DNA from: the human T2T-CHM13v2.0 reference genome, Homo sapiens
Assembly (NCBI RefSeq): GCF_009914755.1
Contig: NC_060933.1
Direction: 5' to 3' (one strand)
Length of the DNA stretch: 64,000 bases
Shown: piece by piece, positions 29,105-42,730 of the stretch
How positions within the stretch are numbered: position 1 is the stretch's first letter
How the letters are laid out: each line of letters opens with the position of its first letter
The notes under the pieces: model-generated
Seen by the model: only the letters and a program-made list of their open reading frames with translations
Databases searched by the model: none
What the model was told of the DNA's origin: nothing
Position numbers and translations under genes: made by a program

Positions 29105-29730
29105 CTGCTTTTGTTTCCAACTTTTATTTTAGGTTAGCAGGGGTACATGTGCGGTTTGTTACATAGGTAACTTGTGTGTCATGGGAGTTTAGTGACAGAT
29201 TATTTCGTCACCCAGGTAATGAGCATAGTGACTAATGGATATTTTTTTGGATGTCAAGTAGGCCCTGATGTCTATTGTTCCCTTCTTTGTGTCCATGTGT
29301 ACTCAATTGTTTAACTCCCACTTATAAGTGAGAACATGCGGTATTTGGTTTTCTGTTTTTGCATTAGTTTGCTTAGGATAATGGCCTCCAGTTCCATCAA
29401 TGTTGTTGTAAAGGACATGATTTTGTTATTTTTCATGGCTGCATAGTATGTCATGGTGCATATGTACTACCTTTTTTTTTTTCTAGTCCACTGTTCTTGG
29501 GCATCTAGGTTGATTCCATACCTTTGCTATTGTAAATAGCACTGTAATAAACATATGTGTGCATATCTTTGTCATAGGACAATTTATATTCCTTTGGGTA
29601 TATACCTAGTAATGGAATTGCTGGGTCAAATGATAGTTCTAAGTTATTTGAGAATTTACCAAACTGCCTTCCACAGTGGCTGAACTAATTTACATTCCCA
29701 CCAGCAGTGTATACACATTTCCTTTTCTCC
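29105..29730 (-). mobile_element. L1PA15/16- or L1PB-like 3' end
   Basis: ccaacttttattttagg...ctcccacttataagtgagaacatgcggtatttggttttctg...ttacattcccaccagcagtgt. Confidence 0.9.
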
Positions 29731-31479
29731 CTAAAATGCCATAAGAAAAGGCATTTTCTTATGCCTTTTCTAATTTTTGTATACACAAATCCTTGTTGTT
29801 ACAACTTATGAAGTCTCAAAGAAAAACATCCTAGCACTATGCTGTTGCCACTATTATTCCATAATGAGACTATTTGCTTATGCATTTCATTTGATTCTTG
29901 CTGTTGAAGAGAGGAAGTCTGTTATTTTTCAATCTGCACTTTGGAAAGATTATTCTTAGTGGTTATGCTCTTTGTTTTCAGACACTTGCATTGATTGAGG
30001 CTAACACTGAACTCAAAATTATAGTGTATACATTGTCCTATTGTTGAAAAATAATCTACTATTGAAGCAACCCTTTGCTCATATTTTGTATAGCAGTTTG
30101 GTTTGCCTGTCACTATCAATCAGTGTTTCTGTATCTGCAACAATTCAGCCAATGTCATTTTGAGTCAGAGGGAAATAGTATTATCTACAGACATTATTGC
30201 AATATGTTTCAGAAATTATACAACTATTTTAGGTAATTTGAAGCATTCTTCACCTGTATAGCCACTTAATTGTTTTTTTAATAGAGAAGTTAGCTTTGGC
30301 TATGAATTGGATCCTTCTAAGATGCTTATTTATGAGGAAGACAAGTTCCCTTTTTAAGGATTTGGAGGTACCAATAAACTTTGTCTTAACTTTGAGTTGT
30401 CCCCAACTGAAGATCTAAAAATCAATATTAAATAATTTGTTTCAATTGAAACTTAGGAATTGATGACTACCTCTTTTACCACTATAGTTTTTCTTTGCCT
30501 ATACGTGTATTATCTGGTATTTTCCTTTAATAGTTACACTGCTAAAAGAGAATGACATTCAGAATTTTAACAGAAATTTATTACGTTAGCTTCTTGTTCT
30601 CTTTTTCCATTTTCTGAGGGTGACTCAAACATGATAAAGGGGCAAACTGACTTACCCAGAAATAAAAATGTTTGACAAAATTTTACATATCTTTAAAGCT
30701 TTACCTCCTCCACGTATGATGAAGTTATTGAATAAAAATGCTTTATAGAGAATGACATTAACCCAGCTATCATTCAAAGTGCAGTAAAAAAAAAATCTGG
30801 ATTCAATTTTTGTAATGGAAAAGTGAGTACCTCATTAAACCCAACATTTATAATGGTTATTACAATGAATAAAACAATTAGTTCACTGATTAGCACTTGG
30901 CAGTTCACCACAGCTGATTTTCAACTCTGAGTCAGAACAAATAAATGTAAGGGAAATATTCGTATATGTTAGCTGGCATGAAGATTTTGAAAATAAAACA
31001 TAAATGTATTCTTTTTTTCTTTTCTGATATAGGCACAGTTGGAACTCTCCCTTATCCTTTACTCATTCCAGTATCAATTAGCTGTTTCCTTTTAATTTTT
31101 GCTTCTCTAACAGGGAACTGTATCAAGGTGACATTTTGTTCTTTCAGTTTTATCAACCAAGTGGCACATCTACTACTTGAATAGCATTATGTTAGGCAGT
31201 GGGAAAAATACAAAGACAAAGAACTTGAGGTTTCTGCCTTGGAGGAGATGAAAATTTAGCTGGAGGGACAAGCAAGGCACACCCAAAGGTTCCAAAGCAT
31301 TCAATAATAAAGAGCAGCATGAACTAATAAGATTTGCATTTATCCAGTTTACAAAAAGGATAAGTAATCTGATTGGCATTCCAACTGTTGTTTTTGGAAT
31401 TTCTGAGGTATCATAGTAATATGAAATGGTTCTGTTTTTTAGAAACAATAAACTCAGCATCTGTGAATATGAATGAACA

Positions 31480-32165
31480 TGCCAGACACGGTTGGAGGAA
31501 AGAACATGTTTAGAGTCAGAATATCTGAGCTTCTGGTGCACTCACTTGGCTGATTCACTCTGGGGAACTTATTTAACCTCAAGTCTTGATTTTCTCATCT
31601 GTAAAAATAACAAAACTAATAGCACAAACTGTGGTAGATTGATTGTATCAATGACCATAATTAATGGTGTTTCTATAGCAACATCTTTTTCTGTGTACTG
31701 TAACTCTGGGTTGGCCATGTTATTTGCTTTGGCAAGTGGGACAGTAGCAAATTTGATGCAGTCTGACACATGAAAAAGCATACCTGCTCATTCCTTTCCT
31801 CCTCTGCCTTTATCATAAGAAATTCCCAAACAAGGGGAGGGGCCATGTGGAACAGAGTCAAGATAGCACATGTTGTCCAGTTAATGCCCAAGACATGTGA
31901 GAGAGTCCAGTTAAGGTAATCAAAACTACCTAGATGACCTGAAACTGATCAAAGATGTGTGAATAAACCCTGTTGAGCTCAGCTGAACTGTGCAGCCAAT
32001 GATATCAATTTGTAACCAAAGATAGGTGATTACTGTTTTATGCCATTGACGTTTTCTGCTAGTTTGTTATGCAGCAGTAGCTAACTAATAAAATACTTCA
32101 TTGCTACTGTGGAGATTAAGACAATGCATATGAATGAGTTTTGCAAACTGTGAGGTAATATACAC
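31480..32165 (+). mobile_element. MIR SINE split by an MLT1 LTR
   Basis: tagagtcagaata...acttatttaacctc...ttttctcatctgtaaaa before 31629; ctgtggagattaagacaatgcatatgaa...gcaaactgt after 32090. Confidence 0.65.
31630..32090 (+). mobile_element. MLT1 (H/I-like) MaLR solo LTR
   Basis: tgtggtagattgatt...gttggccatgttatttgctttggc...gtttgttatgcagcagtagctaactaata. Confidence 0.75.
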
Positions 32166-32819
32166 ATGAGTTTAAAAGGTCTTAAGATCAATAGATTATT
32201 TGTTGGAGATGAGGACATAGAACAGTCACAAGATGTAGATTTCAGTTACTTCTAGGATCCAGCTAAGTGTCCAAATTGTTCTGTCAATGTTTATTTTGTT
32301 ATACTTGTTCAAAGTGATATATATTTATTGTGTTGACCTATCTGACTTATCTATTTGTTCAAGTGCCTTAGAAGTTCTTATCACTTATAAATGATTACTG
32401 AAAAAAAAAAAAGAAAAGGAACAGTAGAGAAAACACTAGAGCTAAAAACATGGTGTGGAAGAAGGTCACTAGATTGTGTTCACTTAAATCATTTAAGTAC
32501 AGAAAATTTTCATTAGCAGGCAGTCAAGAATTTTTCCTACCAAGTTATTAATAGTTTGGCCTGACCAAAGCCAAAATTGAGAACCCCCCAAAAAATTATG
32601 TATTTTATACTATTTAACATTAATTTATGGAATATTTTCATACTGTTGGATTATAAAAATTAGATACTGCAAACCTAAGTAAAAAGGTAAACTTCTATTT
32701 CTGAGTAGTCTGTGTTCTCAGAGTTAATTTTTAAAGTAGATCCTTCGGATTTTGTAGCACATTTTTTCAAAGCAATAATGTTATGTTCTGAGGGTTACCT
32801 CAAGACCACAATTAACAGC

Positions 32820-33110
32820 AATAATTTAGTAAATATATATTTTTGGAACTTAACATGGGCCTGGCTCTGTTCTAGGGAGTAGAAATGTGCTAGTGAATAA
32901 AACAGATAAAAATCCATGTTCTCATGGAACTTACATTTTATTAGGGTGGATAAAAATAAGCAAGCTATAGAAATAAATATGTAATATGGCACCTGACAGT
33001 TAGTGCTATGGAGAAAAACAAATCAGGGAAGGCATACGGAGTGTGTCAGTGGGGGCTGCAATTTTAACTAGGTGGTTTTTACTGTAGTGGCTAAAGAAAT
33101 GAGCCAGGGG
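32820..33110 (-). mobile_element. L2 3' fragment
   Basis: gtgaataaaacagataaaaatccatgttctcatggaacttacatt...gtgctatggagaaaaacaaatcaggg. Confidence 0.7.
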
Positions 33111-34582
33111 CTATGAACACAGATAAAAAGACCAATGCTTTGTAGAATTATATTTGGTGGTTTGACATTCCTTCTCCTGCTCTACTTGCTCTTCTCAAGT
33201 CTATAGTTTTCACTCTGAATTTGTTGAGATTAAAAAATAGAGAAGAGGGACTCCCAGGCAAGACGGCTGAATAGGAATAGCTCTGGTCTGCAGCTCCCAG
33301 TGAGACCATCTCAGAAGATGGGTGACTTCTCCATTTCCAGCTGAGGTACCTGGTTCATCTCATTGGGACTGGTTAGACAGTGGGTGCAGCCCACTGAGGG
33401 TGAGCAGAAGCAGCGTGGGGTGTTGTTTCACCCAGGAAGCTCAAGGGGTCAGGAAACTCCCTCCCCTAGCCAAGGAAAGCCACGAGGGACAATGCTGTGA
33501 GGGACAGTGTTATCCAGCTCAGATGATGTGCTTTTCCTAAGTCTTCACAATACACAGACCAGGAGATTCCCTCGGGTGCCTACACTACAAGGGCCCTGGG
33601 TTTCAAGCAAATACTTGGTGGTCATTTGGGCAGACACTGAGTTAGCTGCAGGAGTTTTTTTCGTACCCAGTGGGGCCTGGAATGCCAGTGAGACAGAACC
33701 GTTCTCTCCTCTGGAAAGGGGGCTGAAACCAGGGAACCAAGTGGTCTTTCTCAGGGGATCCCACCCCCAAGGAGACCAGCAAGCTAAGATCCACTGGCTT
33801 GAAATTGTTGCCGCTAGCACAGAAGTCTGAAGTTGACCTGGGATGCTAGAGCTTGGTGGGGGGAGGGGCATCCACCATTACTGAGGCTTGAGTAGGAGGT
33901 TTTCCCCTCACAGTGTAAACAAAGCCACTGGAAAGTTTGGACAGGCTGGAGCCCACTGCAACGCCACAAAGCCACTGTAGCCAGACTGCCTCTCTAGATT
34001 CCTCCTCTCTGGGCAGGACATCTCTGAAAGATGATGCAGCCCCAGTCGGGGGCTTATAGATGAAAAATCCCATCTCCCTGGGACAGAGCATCTGGGGGAA
34101 GGGGAGGCTGTGGGCACAGCTTCAGCAGACTTAAAAACATTTCTGCCTGCTGGCTCTGAAGAGAGCAGCAGATCTCCCAGCACAGTGCTCAAACTGTGCT
34201 AAGGGACAGACTGCCTCCTCAAGTGGGTCTCTGACCCCCATGCCTCCTGGTGGGGAGACATCTCCCAGCAGTGGTTGACAGACACCTCATACAGGAGAGC
34301 TCCAGCTGACATCTGGTGGGTGCCCCTCTGGGATGAAGCTTCCAGAGGAAGGAGAAGGCAGCAATCTTTGCTGTTCTGCAGCCTCCCCTGGTGATACCTA
34401 GGCAAACAGGGTCTGGATCCCCCAGCAAACTCCAGAAGACCTGCAGAAGAAGGACATGACTGTTAGAAGGAAAACCAACAAACAGAAAGCAATAGTGTCA
34501 ACATTAACAAAAAGGATGACCACACAAAAACTCCATCCAAAAGTCACCAACAGCAAAGACCAAAGGTAAATAATGCACAAAG

Positions 34583-35600
34583 ATGAGGAAAAACCAGCAC
34601 AAAAAGTTTGAAAATTCCAAAAACCAGAATGCCTCTTCTCCTCCAAAGGATCACAACTCCTTGCCAGCAAGGAGTTGGATGGAGAATGAATTTGACAGGT
34701 TGATAGAACAGGCTTCAGAAGGTGGGTAATAACAAATTCCTCTGAGCTAAAGGAACATGTTCTAACCCAATGGAAGGAAGCTAAGAACCTTGATAAAAGG
34801 TTAGAGGAATTTCTAACTAGAATAAGCAGTTTAGAGAAGAACATAAATGACCTGATGGAGCTGAGAAACACAGCACGAGAGCTTTGTGAAGCATACACAA
34901 GTATCAATAGCCAAATCGATCAAACGGAAGAAAGGATATCAGAGATTGAAGATCAACTTGATAAAATAAAGCATGAAGACAAGATTAGAGAAAAAAGAAT
35001 GATGAGGAATGAGCAAAGCCTCCAAGAAATATGGGACTATGTGAAAAGACCAAACCTACGTTTGATTGGTGTACCTGAAAGTGACCAGAAGAATGGAACC
35101 AAGTTGTAAAACACACTTCAGGATATTATCCAGGAGAACTTCCCCAACTTAGCAAGACAGGCCAACATTCAAATTCAGGAAATACAGAGAACACCACAAG
35201 TTACTCCTCGAGAAGAGCAACCCTAAGACACATAATCATCAGATTCACCACGGTTGAAATGAAGGAAAAAATGCTAACGGCAGCCAGAGAGAAAGGTTGG
35301 ATTATCCAGAAAGGGAAGCCCGTTAAACTAACAGCAGATCTCTCTTCAGAAAGCCTACAAGCCAGAAGAGAGTAAGGGCCAATATGCAACATTCTTAAAG
35401 AAAAGAATTTTCAACCCAGAATTTCATATCCAGCCAAATTAAGCTTCATAAGTGAAGGAGAAATAAAATCCTTTATAGACAAGCAAATGCTGAGGGGTTT
35501 TGTCACCACCAGGCCTGCCTTACAAGAGCTCCTGAAGGAAGCACTAAATATGGAAAGGAAAAACCTGTACCAGCCACTGCAAAAACAAACCAAAATGTGA
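34583..35600 (+). pseudogene. L1 ORF1p, disrupted
   Basis: ATG in aagatgaggaaaaacc; fragment MELRNTARELCEAYTSINSQ...EIWDYVKRPNLRLIGVPE; in-frame stops (e.g. 35107-35109). Confidence 0.9.
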
Positions 35601-35663
35601 AGACCATTGACACTATGAAGAAACTGCATCAACTAATGGGCAAAATAACCAGTTAGCATCATA

Positions 35664-38600
35664 ATGACAGGATGAAATTCACACATAACAATATTAACCT
35701 TAAATATAAATGGGCTGAATGCCCCAATTAAAAGGCACATACTGGCAAATTGGATAAGGAGTCAGGACCCATTGGTTTGTTGTATTCAGTAGATGTATCT
35801 CTGTGTAAAGACACACATAGGCTCAAAATAAAGGGATGGAGGAAGATTTAACAAGCAAATCAAAAGCAACAACAACAACAACAACAACAACAAAAAAGCA
35901 GGGATTGCAATCTTAGTCTCTGATAAAACAGACTTTAAACCAACTAAGATAAAGAAAGACAAAGAAGGGCATTACATAATGGTAAAGGGATCAATGCAAC
36001 AATAAGAGCTAACTATCTTAAATATATATGGACCCAATACAGGAACACCCAGATTCATAAAGCAAGTTCTTAGAGACCTACAAAGAGACTTAGACTCCCA
36101 CACAATAATAGTGGAAGACTTATTTATTTATTTATTTATTTTTTGAGATCGAGTCTCACTCTGTCGCCCAGGCTGGAGTGCAGTGGCGTGATCTTGGCTC
36201 ACTGCAACCTCTGCCTCTGGTTCAAGTGATTCTCCTGGCTCAGCCTCCTGAGTAGCTGGGACTACAGGTGCATGCCACCATGCCCAGCTAATTTTGTATT
36301 TTTAGTAGAGATGGGGTTTCACCATGTTGGCCAGGGTGGTCTCAAACTCCTGACCTCAGGTGATCCACGCGCCTCGGCCTCCCAAAGTGCTGGGATTACA
36401 GGCATAAGCCACTGCGCCTGGCCAATAGTGGGAGACTTTAATACCCCACTGGCAGTATTAGACAAATCAATGAGACAGAAAATTAACAAGGATATCAGGA
36501 CTTGAACGCAGCTCTGGACCAAGTGAAACTAATGGAGATCTACAGAACTCTCCACCCCAAATCAACAGAATATACATTCTTTTCAACACCACATAGCACT
36601 TATTCTAAAATTGATGACATAATTGGAAACAAAACACTCCTCAGCAAATGCAAAAGAATGGAAATCATAACAAACTGTGTCTCAGACCACAGTGCAATCA
36701 AATTAGAACTCAGGATTAAGAAGCTCACTCAAAACCAAACAACTACATAGAAACTGAACAGCCTGCTCCTCAATGACTACTGGGTAAATAGCAAAATAAG
36801 GGCAGAAATAAATAATTTATTTGAAACCAAAGAGAACAAAGACACAACGTATCAGAATCTCTGGAACACAACTAAAGCAGTGTTTAGAGGGAAATTTATA
36901 GCACTAAATGCCCACAGCAGAAAGCCAGAAAGATCTAAAACCAGCACACTAACATCACAATGCAAAGAGCTAGAGAAGCAAGAGCAAACAAATTCAAATG
37001 CTAGCAGAAGACAAGAAATAACTATCAGAGCAGAACTGAAGGAGATAGAGACACAAAAAACCCTTCAAAAAATTAATGAATCCACAAGCCGGTTTTTTGA
37101 AAAGATTAACAAAATAGACCACTAGCCAGATAATGAAGAAGAAAAGAGAGAAGAATCAAATAGACACAATAAAAAATGATAAATGGGAGATCACCAGTGA
37201 TCCCACAGAAATACAAACTACCATCAGGGAATACTATAAACACTTCTGTGCAGATAAACTAGAATATCTAGAAGAAACGGATAAATTCCTGGACACATAC
37301 ACCCTCCCAAGACTAAACCAAGAAGTCAAATCCCTGAATAGCCCAGTAACAAGTTCTGAAATTGAGGCAGTAATTAATAGTCTACCAAACATAAAAGCCC
37401 AGGACCAGATGAATCCACAGCCGAATTCTACCAGAGGTACAAAGAAGAGTTGGTACTATTCCTTCTGAAACTATTCCAAATGATAGAAAAAGAGGGACTC
37501 CTCCCTAACTCATTTTATGAAGGCAGCATCATCCTGATAGCAAAACCTGGCCGAGACACACACAAAAAAGAAAATTTCAGGCCAATATCCCTGATGAACA
37601 TCGATGAAAAAATCCTCAATAAAATACTGGCAAGCTGAATCCAGGAGCACATCAAAAAGATTATTCACCATGATCTAGTCATCTTCACCGCGGGGATGCA
37701 AGACTTGTTCAACATATGCAAATCGATAAATGTAATTCATCACTTAAACAGAACCAATGATAAAAACCACATAATTATCTCAATAGATGCAGAAAAGGTC
37801 TTTGATAAAATTCAACACCTCTTCATGGTAAATACACTCAATAAACTAGGTACTGATGGACCATATCTCAAAATAATACCTATTTATGACAAACTCACAG
37901 CCAATATCATACTGAATCAGCAAAAGCTGGAAGCATTCACTTGGAAAACCAGCACAAGCCAAGGACGCCCCCTCTCACCACTCCTATTCAACATAGCATT
38001 GGAAATTCTGGCCAGGGCAATCAGGCAAGAGAAAGAAATAAAGCATATTCAAACACGAAGAGAAGAAGTCAAGTTATCTGTTTGCAGATGACAGGATTGT
38101 ATATTTAGAAAACCCTACCTTCTCAGCCCAAAAATTCCTTAAGCTTATAAGCAATTTCAGCAAAGTCTCAGGATACAGAATCAATGTGCAAAAATCACAA
38201 GCATTGCTACATACCAATAATAGACAAACAGAGCACCAAATCAAGAGCAAACTCCCATTCACAACTGCTACAAAGACAATAAAATACCTAGGAATACAAC
38301 TTACAAGGGATGTGAGGGACCTCTTCAAGGAGAACCACAAACCACTGTTCAAGGAAATAAGAGAGGACACAAACAAATATTCCATGCTCATGAATAGGAA
38401 GAATCAATATCGTGAAAATGACCACACTGCCCAAAGTAATTTATAGATTCAATACTATTCCCATCAAGCTACCATTGACTTTCTTCACAGAATTAGAAAA
38501 AAACTACTTTAAAATTCATATGGAACAAAAAAGGAGCCCATATAGCCAAGACAATCTTAAGCAAAAAGAACAAAGCTGGAGGCATCATGCTACCTGACTT

Positions 38601-39805
38601 CAAACTATAATACAAGCCTGCAGTAACCAAAACAGCAGGGTACTGGTATCAAAATAGATATATAGACCAATGGAACAGAACAGAGGCCTCAGAAATAACA
38701 CCACACATCCACAACCATCTGATCTCTGACAAATCTGACAAAAACAAGCAATGGGGATAGTATTCCCTCCTTAATAAATGTTGTATGCTCATATGACTAG
38801 CCATATGCAGTAAACTGAAACCGGACCCCTTCCTTACACCTTATACAAAAATTAACTCAAGATGGATTAAAGATTTAAATGTAAGACCTAAAATCATAAA
38901 AACCCTAGAAGAAAACCTAGGCAATACCATTCAGGACATAGGCCTGGGCAAAGACTTCATGACTAAAACACCAAAAGCAATTGCAACAAAAGCCAAAATT
39001 GACAAATGGGATCTAATTAAACTAAAGAGCTTCTACACAGCAGAAGAAACTATCATCAGAGTGAACAGGCAACCTAAAGAATGGGAGAAAATTTTTGCAA
39101 TTTATCCATCTGACAAAGGGATAATATCCAGAATCTACAAGGAACTTAAACAAATTTGCAAGAAAAAAACAAACAACCCCATCAAAAATGGGTGAAGGAT
39201 ATGAACAGACACTTTTCAAAAGAAGATATTTATGCAGCCAACAAGCATATGAAAAAAAGCTCATTATCACTGGCCATTACAGAAATGCAAATCAAAACCA
39301 CAATAAGATACCATCTCATGGGAGTTAGAGTGGTGATCATTAAAAAGTCAGGAAGCAACAGATGCTAGAGAGGATGTGGAAAAATAGGAATGCTTTTACA
39401 CTGTTGGTGGGAGTGTAAATTAGTTAAACCATTGTGGAAGACAGTGTGTGGCGATTTCTCAAGAATCTAGAAGTAGAAATACCATTTGACCCAGCAATCC
39501 CATTACTGGGTATATACCCAAAGGATTGTAAATCATTCTACTATAAAGACACATGCACACGTATGTTTACTGTGGCACTATTCACAATAGCAAAGACTTG
39601 GAACCAACTCAAATGCCCATCAATGTTATACTGGATAAAGAAAATGTGGCACATGTACACCATGGAATACTATACACCCATGAAAAAGAATGAGTTTATG
39701 TCCTTTGCAGGGACATGGATGAAGCTGGAAACCATCATTCTCAGCAAAGTAGCACAGAAACAGAAAACCAAACACCACATGTTCTCACTCATAAGTGGGA
39801 GTTGA
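35664..39805 (+). pseudogene. L1 ORF2p (endonuclease/RT), disrupted by stops, frameshifts and an Alu
   Basis: Fragments [51 protein letters not shown]. Confidence 0.92.
36122..36423 (-). mobile_element. AluS inserted in the L1 ORF2 endonuclease region
   Basis: Complete Alu; TSD aatagtgg(a/g)agactt at 36107-36121 and 36424-36438. Confidence 0.96.
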
Positions 39806-40374
39806 ACAATAAGAACATATGGGCACAGGGAGGGAAACATCACACTCTGGGGCTTGTTGGGGATGGGCAGCAAGGGGAGGGATAGCATTAGGAGAAATAC
39901 CTAATGTAGATGATGGATTGATGGGTGCAGCAAACCACCATGTCACATGTATACCTATGTAACAAACCTGCATGTTCTGCACATGTATCCGAGAACTTAA
40001 AGTATAATAAAAAATTATAGAGAAGAGGTGGGAATAGGTGAGGAGGCCACAATGGTGTGCCCAAGACTGCAAAGGGAGAAGTAGGTGAAAGATGAGAGGG
40101 AGATATGAAGCAATGGCAACTAGTCCCCCTTTTGGAGATGGTTGTTCACATCAAGGTAAATGATAGGAAATGGAACATAGAGTTTTCTGTCTTATAATGT
40201 GCTTTTGTATCTCAATGCGTTTTTCCTCTTTTAGAACATACATTACTGAAAGGCAGGAAATACGTGTTTGCTTGGAGATAAAATAAAGGGGGTTTCTGGT
40301 GATCTGGATTAAACTACTCAAAATGTCTTGAGGATGTTATCTCATATGAGGTGACAGCTTTTTATAGTGGGTGC

Positions 40375-40800
40375 CGGTTGCCTGTGAAAATACCCCAAAA
40401 GATAATGTCTTAAAAGAGCAATTTTATTTTGCTCATGATTTTGTAGGTCAAGTACTAGGCTTTTCTGGATCCAGAGAAGTCATTTATATGATAGCTCACT
40501 CTCTTAAAAGGCAAATTGGTACTGACTGTTTGGGAACACAGCAGGTCTTCAGTCTGGAACTTCCAGTTCTTCTCTATGTGGGCTTCCCCATGGGATTCTT
40601 TGGTCTTCCTCACAGCATGGTGGCTGGTTTTCAAGAGCATTGTTCTAAGACACAGGTAGCGGAAGCTGTCAGTTTCATAAGGCCTAGGCACAGAAACAGG
40701 TACAGTGTCACTTCTGTAGTTTTGTGTTGATTAAAGCAATTGCAGAACATACACAAAATCTAAAGGGAATGGACATAAATTCCCACATCTCCATGGTTAG
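40375..40800 (-). mobile_element. Old MLT1 (J/K-like) MaLR LTR
   Basis: attttattttgctcatgattttgtaggtca...cctcacagcatggtggctgg...cagtgtcacttctg. Confidence 0.65.
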
Positions 40801-41737
40801 GTTGAAATGTTAAGTGAGAAAAAAAAGTGTGTTATTCCTACTCGATTGTCAATAGTTTTTACATTTTAAGACTCTGTTTGGTTTACTCCATCTAACACAG
40901 TACCTTAAGTTGTCATTGTTAAAGTTAATTTAAAGTTAAATTGAACAATGATTTTATATGGCTCAATATTTGAGGAAAAGTGTGAAAGATGTTTTTCTAA
41001 AATTGGGAGAGAATAAACTGGATAGGATCTTTCCTACCTTGATTGTTTTACTCCAAGAAGTCCATGTTACTTCCCCAAAGTCATTTTCCTTTCATTGCAG
41101 CCATGGTTGACTGGCCAACTGGACATTAGCTGTAAAAATCAGAGAGGAAGAAATTGCTTTAATAGATTCAAAGTCAGGCAAGAATATTTCCTGCATCGTG
41201 AGCCACTAAGCTGCAGGTATTCCAGACTGCTGCCTGTTGGAGATCACCGAACAAATCTGATGGCCCATAAAGGCAAGACGGGCTTAAGGCCAACCTAAAG
41301 GGTAGAACTGTCAGAAGAGTTTTAAAAATGAGTCATGCAGTGTTGATTTTAACTCAATGTTGTGCTTAGGTATGGAAAAACCATTCATCATTATTTCACT
41401 TATAAAACCGTACTCAGTGCTCAGCTGGTGTACAGCCTTCTAAGGCTCATGGGACATCTACCATTCATTTTTGTCTGTATTGGTTAATGCTGTTCAGAGA
41501 AGAGTATTCTAAGATAAAAATTTTGTTTTAAAAAACAGAGGTTGATAACTCTGAAAGCAAAATAGGACTAGCAGCTCGTGGCTATGGAGAGACAGGGCTT
41601 AGTAATTCCTGCGTGTGGCAGTTCTTCCTTTATCCAGAGGTTCAGGAACAATTTTCAGAGTGAAATGGGTCTCTGAATTTTGGGCAAGATCAGGAAAGCC
41701 CTGTCCCTGGGAACTAAAGGGATGTTTGCATTTAAAA

Positions 41738-41915
41738 AATATTTTTAATTTTTGTGGGTACATAGTAGGTGTATATGTTTTATGGGTTACACAAGATATC
41801 TTCATGCAGGCGTGCAATACAGTAATCACCACATAAGGGTAGATAGAGTATCCATCACCTCAAGTATTTATCCTTCGTGTTTTACAATTCAATTATATCC
41901 TTTTAGTTATTTTTA
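41738..41915 (-). mobile_element. Short L1MA 3' end
   Basis: tttttgtgggtacatagtaggtgtatat...tatccatcacctcaag. Confidence 0.85.
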
Positions 41916-42079
41916 AAAATGATTTCTAATTGGATCAGAAATTATGATGAGGAAAAGGCCTTAATTATGAGGCTTGTGATATTATCTTTCAGACAGCCTC
42001 AGTTAAAAGTTGGAAACTTAACCTTATGAGAAATGAAACCTAAAAAGATGCAATGCAAGGAAAAGAACTGATATCTAAC

Positions 42080-42730
42080 TTCACCTGGAGAGATTTCTTC
42101 CCTGCCTGCTGCCTTTCCTACTGATAATGAAGTGTTTTTCTCCCAGCCTTGGTGTTATAGGACTGTGTTTGGAATTCTGAATACTGTTTCCCTTCGCCAG
42201 CGGGCTCCTATTGGGTGCTATTATTATGGGCAACTAGAGAGAAACTGAAAGGCTGAAGGAGGAAAAGGAGATCATGGCTTCTTTCTGTTTCTTGATCCTT
42301 TCAGGACTATAATAGCAATGGAGCATCACTCTGAATGCAGTAATTGCTTCCAATAGCACCAGGTGGCTCCAGTTTCCATTTGCTTTTTTATATTCTCGTA
42401 CCAGCCTTGTTGCATCTACCAGGATTACCAACAGTAAACAGATGGTCCTCTCCCCATAAGTCTCAGTCCTAGCTCTGCAGGGGCGATCCTCTGAGCTCTG
42501 GAGGTACTAGGCCATCTAGCAGCTCTCCTTCCTCAGAGATCTATGTCCAGGTCGTCAGGATTTTTCTTCCAAGCTTCTAAGTTCTTAGGACCTTTGGATG
42601 AGTAGCTGCTTTTGAAGTACCATTTCTTGGTGTCTCACTGTTTGCTTTTTGCCTTAATCCTTTTATCCTATTCACAAATTCTTTATATTAGACCTCCATT
42701 AAAATCACGGATGAGTATGACTGTGACTGA
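42080..42730 (+). mobile_element. LTR33-like ancient ERVL LTR
   Basis: cccttcgccagcgggctcctattggg...gagagaaactgaaaggctgaaggaggaaa resembles the LTR33 core; subfamily uncertain. Confidence 0.45.

Larger units (their letters stand above)
33249..40016 (+). mobile_element. Full-length L1PA7-like LINE-1, inactive
   Basis: 5' UTR gcaagacggctgaatagga, ORF1, ORF2, 3' UTR and A-tail all present; TSD atagagaagagg at 33237-33248 and 40017-40028. Confidence 0.95.

Noticed and set aside
34398-34907. 169-aa hydrophobic minus-strand ORF
   Set aside because: Antisense of A-rich L1 ORF1; the hydrophobic bias is compositional
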